Shown: in pieces, positions 59,701 to 64,000 of the stretch
Numbering within the stretch: position 1 is the first letter of the stretch
How the letters are laid out: each line of letters begins with the position of its first letter
NCBI GenBank assembly: GCA_001643675.2
Contig: LSRY02000057.1
Location: forward strand, 124,001 to 188,000
DNA from: Monocercomonoides exilis PA203
Lineage: Eukaryota; Protista; Preaxostyla
DNA length: 64,000 bases
Direction: 5' to 3'
The notes under the pieces: generated by a model
Databases searched by the model: none
The model's input: only the letters and a program-made list of their open reading frames with translations
What the model was told of the DNA's origin: nothing
Translations under genes and position numbers: made by a program

Positions 59701-62700
59701 AGAGTCAACAGGAAGAGGTAACAGACATCCCACATTCTTTTTTGAAAGAAACAGACTTTTTTTTGCAGCCTTCTTCTTTGCAGGACTTTTCATGTTCAAC
59801 TCCTTGTCAGTCATCGCAAAAGGCACTCGATTCTTCTCATTTTTCATCTTGCTTTCCTTCTGTTCCAACTACAACTCTCTCTGAATGGAAAGTACCTGAC
59901 TCGCAATCTTTCTCTTCAGCGCTCTTTTTGTCTCCCTCTTCTCGTTTGCAATCGATTCATTCTCATTCTTCTCGTTCTATCGAACATGAACGTCAACATT
60001 CACACATGGATACATCACTAATTTCTTCAATCCAAACGGACAATCATCAAGTTGAATCATCATCTATCATTTCAGTAGCATCTGACGCAGCAGCTTCCAT
60101 TGAATCAACCATCACCAATTCTTCAGAGAATCTTCCTTTAGCTAAGACGCCACAACCATTGCCCTTGCCTTTTGATTCGTTTTCTCCACTAAAGTCCTCA
60201 TCGCTTTCACCAAAAGAATCCCCAAACATTCTATCACCAACTCCTTCGAATTCTCCTTCGCTTACGCCTCCTTTTTCTTTCTCTTCTTTTTCACCAGCAT
60301 CGCCATGCGAATTATTACCAACTCGACAAGTGCAAGCTGAACGAAATTTGCCTAATGCATCTGATATACCCACAGAGGTTTCCCATTCTTCATTTTCTTC
60401 AACAGCGCGTATGATGCTACCAACTTCTCCATCGTCAAATTCCAGTCCACCATTGTTCATTCCTCCGTCACCTTCTTCTCCAGCAGCTTCTTCTGAATTT
60501 CATTCTCCTGTTGTTATAACTCCTTATCAACGCTTTATGCTTCAGGGCATCTTGAACGAATCCTTTGTTTTAGGTACGTTGTTAGCTCATTTTAATCACG
60601 ATATCCAGCACAATATTCAACTTGAAGATGAATGCTTTTCGTTGACAGCTCATTCACAGCCATCTGAACAAATTTTGAAACATGCAAGTTCTACTCAGAA
60701 AAATTTAAAAACTGAAGCGCCTCAATCTCCTTCATCGGCGCAATACACTCCTGCATTTCCTTTTTCTTCAGCAGTTCTTTCGTCAAAAGCATTTAATCTT
60801 TCTCTTTCTCCTTCTTTTGCATTTGTTGCGCCTCTCCTTTCCTCTCTTGCACATTTTCCTTTCTTCTCAACAAAAAATCTTTCTTCTTCTGCAACTTTAT
60901 CGTTGCAACAGATGCAACAAATCATCAATTTGACATGTTCTTCTCAATTATCAACGGCAAAGCAATCTCTTCTCACAAGGCACATTTTGGTGCTGTGCGT
61001 TTCTTGTTTTGCTGCCCTTCACACAACAATGGCACACAGAGCGACACAAGCATCTGAACAGTTTGCACATTTTGTGGAACAGAATGCATTGTTGATGATA
61101 AAAGTGCGAGAAATGGAAGATACCGAAGATAATCTGAGACGATTGAAAAAGCAGATCAAAGATGCTCGCTTGCGAAGGAGAATGAATGCAATTGAATTCA
61201 TTCGATCCATACCAAAAGAGACTCGTTTGGAGCTGAAAAGAAAACAGTTAAAACAATCTGAACTTGATGGGAATGCTGGAGAAACTCTATTTATTGCTGA
61301 CAGTGAACTCAAAGAAAGATCATGCATTGAAGGTATTAATGATACGAAAAAAGATGAAGAAGGTTTAAATAATTCTAGTGCTGATCAAACAGCGCCAGCA
61401 ATTTCTTCAATATCAACAATCATTATGCCTTCCAAAACAACAAAGAAGAAATACGAAGATTCATTGACTCAGAAACAAGTTCATTTGGCTGATGAATCTT
61501 CTTCTTTCCCGGGGAATATGTTGCAAAAGAACGAAGATCCACAAATCCCTTCTGAGGTTCAAAATACTTCATCTTTTTCTCAACAGTTTGCACATCCGAG
61601 TGCAGGATCAAATAAGGATAGTGGCCTGTTACGATCTCCTTCAATTCTTCCGCTTCCACTTGAGACACAAAAGCTTTCGAGAAGTGAGCGGAGAGGAAAA
61701 GGAAGAGGAAGCAAAGAAATGGACTCTGCATTTAACGAACAAGAGGAAGAAGAGAACAGACTTATTCAAGAAATAGAAACAAGAATAGCGCAAGAAAACG
61801 AAGATCTTGTACTGTTTCGAAAGAAAGTCCTATCTCTTCTTCCAGGCACTGCATCAGAATCATTCTTTGCATTGTGCCTGATTGAGATGATGAATGCATT
61901 TGTCCCTGTTTGTGCCGCACAACAAGCATATCACACAAAGGTTGTATCTTCACTTGCCACTGACGAGTGGATCTGGCTGAGAAGGAAGAAAATGTGGGAA
62001 AATGATAAAGCCAAGAAAAAGAGCGAAGAAGATTCTTCTCCAAAAGATGAAAAAAGTGTTGACATAATGACAGATACCATTACTCAATCGGAACATCAGT
62101 TTATTCTTGCATTTCCAGAAGCAATGTGGTATCTCTTTGATTCATTCACTTGTGATAGCTCAGTTAAAGTTTTAAAAACAACAACAAATCAGACAATTGC
62201 AGCAAACAGAATAATTAATGGAGCGGAAGAGAAAATGACGGAAAGCTCTAATTATTTCCTTGACATGAAATTAAAAAATATATCAAGAACAAAAGAAGAA
62301 CAGTTTCTGAGAAATCATCCAACAATCCATTACCGTTCACTTTCAAGCAAAAAATCTAATTCAAATGCTCAGTCTAAAAACGAAGATAGTCAAACAAAAA
62401 TAGTCGAAGGTTGCAATTTAATGACTACAAATGAATCACAGTTTGAGAAGAATGACGAAGATTTGTATTTAGCAAACGGATATCTTCCTATTGTAACTTC
62501 TCCTTCATTGTGGAATGAAGTGATAGAATGGATGGCAAAATTTCATTTCTTCTCAAAAAAATTTGGTGAAACGCATTCCATTCTGACGACTCCATTTGCC
62601 ATCCCGTTGGATTTAAAGATAGATAAGAACGAATCTGGAATTCAATCTGATGAAACCAGTAGACAAAGCAATGCTGATGGCTTGTTAAACAAAAAATACA

Positions 62701-64000
62701 ATGAATTGAGAGAAAGTACTAACCTGCAAATAGATATTGAACAAGATCCATCTGCACATTCTGATGATGATGCAGCTCAAAAGGGATCCAGTTTTATATT
62801 AACTACATCGCCTTCTTCTCAACATGCGATTGCATTTAGTGCTCTTTCACCAGCTTCTGCATCGGCAAGTTTGCCTTCATCTCCAGTCCCAGAAAATATG
62901 ACTTTGCAAAATAGCACTCAACCATCATTAACATGCCCTCTTCCTCTTTTGCCCGTAGAAGGTGATAGAATCACAACTCCTGCAAATTCATTGTTAAATA
63001 ACACAACAAATTCTGGTTCACCAAGCAATAATACATCTCCAAATGGTGCGACAGCATTACATTTAACCACGCCATCTACTCAATTACCGATCCAACAATT
63101 ATCACAGACGCAACAGAATCAACAATCACAGCCCCAAGTAATACTACCAACCCATCAAACGCCTCTGCCTTCTCTATCTCCAACGCCAACATTTTCAACT
63201 CGTACAACTCTTCTATCATCTTCTTCACTTCATATTCCTCGGACTGCACCTGTCATTCAAACACGCCCTCCACCTCCGCCAATTCGTCTGAGACATTCAG
63301 CTGCAAACAAGGCGCGACTAAACTCCACTGCAGCATCCACTCCAAATGGTAGTTTTGGAAGTGAGACAACTGGAGGATTGTCATCAGCTGGCTTTGGTTC
63401 AATAGGTTTCAGAAGTACATCACAGGGAGATGCTGATGTGCAGTTGCCCACACTTCCACTTCCTCCAGCATCTTCATTGAAGAAATTAAGCAATACTGAT
63501 CGTGATGACTTTATGAATAAAAACAGAAATAATATGCAGCAATCTAATTCTCAAGGAAATTTGATTGATCTTAGTGATTTTTATGATGAAGATGATTGCC
63601 CACTTTTCCCAGAAGCTGCTTTATCTCAGAATCATCTTCCAATTCAATCAACCGAAAGTCTACAGTTGATTGAAAACAAAAAGCACAACACAAGTGATAA
63701 TCAAACTGCATTGGTACAGAGACATTCTGTTGGTCAATTTGCAACGGATTATTGGATTCCAAGAGAATTGGATCCTCCACTCACTGTTTTTTCTTTCTAT
63801 TTCATTCATTGTCAGAGAACATGGTTTACTTTGTCGGAACTTGGCTTCTTGTTCGATCACTGCATCAAGGTGTTTATGAAGCATCTTCATTCTGCACTTC
63901 TTTTTGTTGCAGGAAGAAATTGCGAAGACTTTGCAACAAAAGATAAAGATAAAGATTCTTTTGAAGATCGAAAAAGACTTTCTCAAACAAAAGGTTCTAA
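50772..64000 (+). CDS. Giant (>4400 aa) F-box protein with putative RPA70-like OB folds separated by low-complexity insertions; 3' end lies outside the window
   Basis: The frame with codon starts at positions divisible by 3 reads open everywhere I translated it, up to 64000, and the track lists no stop-terminated ORF in that frame. It begins MLDDFPDDILHLICNFLSLSDLRNLCYVSNKLRRVA, a clear F-box. An upstream exon joining at the AG at 50756 is possible. The OB-fold assignment is a by-eye inference. Confidence 0.75.
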   Translation, partial: MLDDFPDDILHLICNFLSLSDLRNLCYVSNKLRRVAFHCYKTKCLQYKQAVLSLFSPAKYEFKSPLLQCFYNPKQFTFPIYVQLLLLSPNFVISDSMSYLTISPGMIDSVCERALFRSGLLKCGCILAISEISFTRVVFRPVTFEELNLNPPAAPIQLSVQKKNQKFLFNQVQTPLKEQPPLTPFFEALPLIGMPRKASELEFSTNIESFLQSEEFATEGISTDAMEHLNTDQLLNCEQQKSSFYFLRSLHSSRYQKVFTKIPSSTISDHILAEFLLAISPLSLYTSNEKSGSVARAGKHSLMRRRRMRAKRKHRRQKKQWKHKRRKARLNARRRTNETEEDGETDEEEEEEEEEEEEEEEEEDEEEEEEEEEEEDEDDDEEEDDEDEEEEEEEEKDSDENKSRHLYNQTGNKNVSIKLTENDTNSHSEVRIERKTDDNTSVKQKKFQRPSQRNKQKKEEPKAIDYRPMLQVLARELESDKEKKKKEEKIKMMRTKKGFSTERVTIVALRRETKREVMKGAPILSLAASSSSSSSSSSSFSSSSSLTAASSTASPAASSPVPVLSSSASLPSSLGLMPATPITLTDALQTSQPQNPASISQPVQIDAQPDILKESSSKQLAHFDSSAAEETQLFSSHFSEEKSNSSETTETFDGTLPTALAENDVLNEAPKEDSKKSEDWAGESESEVAEAESDVDNNQLTHLYKMMPYATRSNRSISPIHQKPMQHHYSYTALPKTPSASAGSDETKVFDNINEEINFSNPMFSHSSSQGQISFAHKRHKHSAVPFSKSYSIPFPLSKDPSASSSSSSEHLSTLPPSSSDTFNDPHVFSIASSACPSRSHSPTCAPVRSSSVPCFRRRTLADKQIEEEEEEGIEDERERKKEEEEVKEDLFDGKETDIANDVEATFEKNNLEYSDDEKDNAERKEIDQSDKTEGKVLNQADLETSKRNTDDIAANSSEENKSEEKELEGKVEEKDKVDFIEDTSDDEEFVDIPPFFFDESDLGNKSNSSNGPTMFDMHSSLPSSSRLDLPRNSQTSLIEEMGGNKNNASNELKMEHFQDGSPEQLTLDEAEDDTKRLNGKAENMDNKHQSISTLPNRQDEDKSKSADDTKNSEGYSSKTNTVEKEGKEKLSETNDDATNKKKVQSMTQSSSSAENKNSDSAPIFPFSSFDLTLPDAPPDIEFHRLFDLLLSRFPLHRPSSSSVVSFLSLLMEDERTNIFVLLECIHYFEQLTFVYHQTATSRDPLLFRYEREEEDAAFDDDEEDDDEYDDECKEVEKANETAKQGAHSPVPHRRLSSRQQKKECFKELVSSNILSRGFTEVGAEGSQTSLDNTLLWMRMKMLFAEVIKNKEKVYSLLLLLVEVEWVLTVTIPLLRGRDKAMKTKEKKEQKLKESKESKEKEKEKESKEVEERDRKTSDSNEILKQILFAHYICPISEVSKYMPDVPTSNIPSQNSSGLSSSPLDAQFQQKTESSTKSTTNEIHPLFCPGDTFYQPYRESAFCIRPSVLSKKNRFFGASASSSSARQSTTNPSNTNSVTETKSSKGKLKEKKASKAMFSHENETMKTQVLSDDISLSANDVSLENRSSEFNTSKEEQMDDTSTNDSMANESTQESDNSIDNSPTLEFKEEPVVDTENSVKSDMSDFDEKKELHTEAKHKRKIHQQTAEESKESQKQETSEETQISDQKDDDSMVHKEMHKDEEYTEKDELFEREQEEEEAREEREEIEREEIEWEKVIQSDDENTDESEKTNDITVSTQNEEAKQMDYTAAEEQTPSTLHSTDQLSLPLPSLISLQAKSSSVSEFSSPHLSDSSAPLQIPSSLSNESHSNLSEKNSEQNTELISQSALSSPTAETKSPKLSDVEVSKTLPAPSSNSSHLHTKTELPTPEPLAQQPTHQKLQIQVPHTVQQTLSPLSLSPLAIQFLFLLVCPPFSFVQHKLMRKAILKGIYECCCILLRVNKPICLNINGRAVNTKTLHLSQLSLAPQTKNNPINIPQSPFRCFNPLPFSFSFLLRFLSLSSPYSNITPSLQQYSYHPNHSLQSSHQQMSVKSTLFSQSEINKQSIAQRGKLPSSSISFYTHITRHTLVLPPLLKGLLIQEMIRCTFRTNVPLFLRRSFFITVLTELCVILGLEKAEKEKEKEKKKIASFSQDHSQQHPQQQGVSSSLAALYRRTLPKWISMRLDEVEDDIRISAPDNPSEDTVDVNAKKMKKLKKAKKHKNIRRKNRRRDDVDDEFAEDEDEGEDAEEEEEDEEEESDDDVETGVGTSLEDSSTSTSESESEEEEEEEEEETETETETETETETETETETETETEEEETDEEANTQSSTTDKPRKRHIVMKKKRKVVLVKRKKKIKTKKMKLKKPKQPKKKKNLFCANSTEDTWSLSSDSTTHDTDIDSTTTTEESDEDDDEDDDEAALAARHLNAAERRDFLKWSCCVAVIQCLFPDADEWALDGQRAPSGKWKMESVSAQHLSDASSHLSNDSCINLTHAASALHSKMQNEQKRFENIQQDSRMLEFKFGSLDSGTSNSNKPPFQLNSTATAESSSTNNSNILFVDVPPHISPNPYPFDNVDDYLAILSTSSTSSASVSSNASYQSTQNNSKHATQATSSQSLLINVLFHSCLSLSLSAIAALLSADTIGSHATIPRVVWCRFTEWDATEMDTSMFVGRVANGIFTQIAGCNLENEHSNKVDNNDTFDNQILKNNEGNNTNESKEDETKSRRRGTYPTEADKCIIYKASSLSPTVFHTSAQTHHTPLTFSSNENATDLFSEWIDERGDLIKSNKTSFMYGIASSIPFSENKRMLCKIVDPSPSNDKKSINNLNKYIICTRTNRNTFLTPSGFSNKSDNESNLVNFSECPMTVPFNFSSSLSQTQEQQIEFLDYPKNSTVTSSITPKSSHTDSKPVIIPLIRDLSFPNLVGFVGGSCSFQFYPLQSFAYAFSSLVRASFLSSRFFFFISPMNINPDRTLICTFRKESQQEEVTDIPHSFLKETDFFLQPSSLQDFSCSTPCQSSQKALDSSHFSSCFPSVPTTTLSEWKVPDSQSFSSALFLSPSSRLQSIHSHSSRSIEHERQHSHMDTSLISSIQTDNHQVESSSIISVASDAAASIESTITNSSENLPLAKTPQPLPLPFDSFSPLKSSSLSPKESPNILSPTPSNSPSLTPPFSFSSFSPASPCELLPTRQVQAERNLPNASDIPTEVSHSSFSSTARMMLPTSPSSNSSPPLFIPPSPSSPAASSEFHSPVVITPYQRFMLQGILNESFVLGTLLAHFNHDIQHNIQLEDECFSLTAHSQPSEQILKHASSTQKNLKTEAPQSPSSAQYTPAFPFSSAVLSSKAFNLSLSPSFAFVAPLLSSLAHFPFFSTKNLSSSATLSLQQMQQIINLTCSSQLSTAKQSLLTRHILVLCVSCFAALHTTMAHRATQASEQFAHFVEQNALLMIKVREMEDTEDNLRRLKKQIKDARLRRRMNAIEFIRSIPKETRLELKRKQLKQSELDGNAGETLFIADSELKERSCIEGINDTKKDEEGLNNSSADQTAPAISSISTIIMPSKTTKKKYEDSLTQKQVHLADESSSFPGNMLQKNEDPQIPSEVQNTSSFSQQFAHPSAGSNKDSGLLRSPSILPLPLETQKLSRSERRGKGRGSKEMDSAFNEQEEEENRLIQEIETRIAQENEDLVLFRKKVLSLLPGTASESFFALCLIEMMNAFVPVCAAQQAYHTKVVSSLATDEWIWLRRKKMWENDKAKKKSEEDSSPKDEKSVDIMTDTITQSEHQFILAFPEAMWYLFDSFTCDSSVKVLKTTTNQTIAANRIINGAEEKMTESSNYFLDMKLKNISRTKEEQFLRNHPTIHYRSLSSKKSNSNAQSKNEDSQTKIVEGCNLMTTNESQFEKNDEDLYLANGYLPIVTSPSLWNEVIEWMAKFHFFSKKFGETHSILTTPFAIPLDLKIDKNESGIQSDETSRQSNADGLLNKKYNELRESTNLQIDIEQDPSAHSDDDAAQKGSSFILTTSPSSQHAIAFSALSPASASASLPSSPVPENMTLQNSTQPSLTCPLPLLPVEGDRITTPANSLLNNTTNSGSPSNNTSPNGATALHLTTPSTQLPIQQLSQTQQNQQSQPQVILPTHQTPLPSLSPTPTFSTRTTLLSSSSLHIPRTAPVIQTRPPPPPIRLRHSAANKARLNSTAASTPNGSFGSETTGGLSSAGFGSIGFRSTSQGDADVQLPTLPLPPASSLKKLSNTDRDDFMNKNRNNMQQSNSQGNLIDLSDFYDEDDCPLFPEAALSQNHLPIQSTESLQLIENKKHNTSDNQTALVQRHSVGQFATDYWIPRELDPPLTVFSFYFIHCQRTWFTLSELGFLFDHCIKVFMKHLHSALLFVAGRNCEDFATKDKDKDSFEDRKRLSQTKGS
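51780..51970 (+). repeat. Coding (GAR/GAY)n acidic tract immediately after an Arg/Lys-rich NLS-like segment
   Basis: About 60 mostly Glu/Asp codons follow RRRRMRAKRKHRRQKKQWKHKRRKARLNARRR. Confidence 0.85.
57642..57715 (+). repeat. Coding hexanucleotide repeat (GARACN)n = (Glu-Thr)n
   Basis: gaaactgagacagagacagagaccgagacagaaacagaaacagaaaca... Confidence 0.85.

Noticed and set aside
1-64000. Alternative genetic code (TAA/TAG = Gln, as in the oxymonad Streblomastix)
   Set aside because: Conserved genes end at TAA (RPL7, Rab7, iPGM, RPS25) or TAG (ACSL), and the 5000-codon dynein exon has no in-frame TAA/TAG.
1-64000. tRNA, rRNA or snRNA genes
   Set aside because: No cloverleaf, A/B-box or rRNA-like segment was recognised by eye. 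A tRNAscan/Infernal run would be needed to exclude them.

Overview
This is eukaryotic, intron-rich protist DNA with AT-rich intergenic regions. It uses the standard genetic code: TAA, TAG and TGA all terminate genes. The gene families and the poly-Ser/poly-Glu inflated proteins point to an oxymonad such as Monocercomonoides (inference, not searched). I hand-assembled 14 spliced or unspliced protein genes. In order: a giant Cys-module/beta-helix surface protein cut by the left edge, a DNAH6-type axonemal dynein heavy chain, a B-box/DUF2009 protein, a lineage-specific helical-family protein, ribosomal protein uL30/RPL7, a small orphan, NOG2, Rab7, iPGM, RPS25, a type-I membrane protein, a long-chain acyl-CoA synthetase, a SMYD methyltransferase, and a >4400-codon F-box ORF cut by the right edge. 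There is also a TA-flanked foldback MITE and a decayed pogo-like DDE transposon. The ORF track omits both edge-running giant ORFs. The main leads are: (1) RPL7 fused by splicing to an N-terminal calponin-homology-like domain, a possible ribosome-cytoskeleton tether; (2) an F-box protein whose ordered islands resemble the RPA70 OB folds in the correct order, a possible ssDNA-targeted SCF adaptor; (3) a Rab7 that naturally carries the GTPase-deficient Q67L substitution; (4) a TTTGATC motif 15-90 nt upstream of most start codons. All family calls are by-eye motif recognition; no searches were run.
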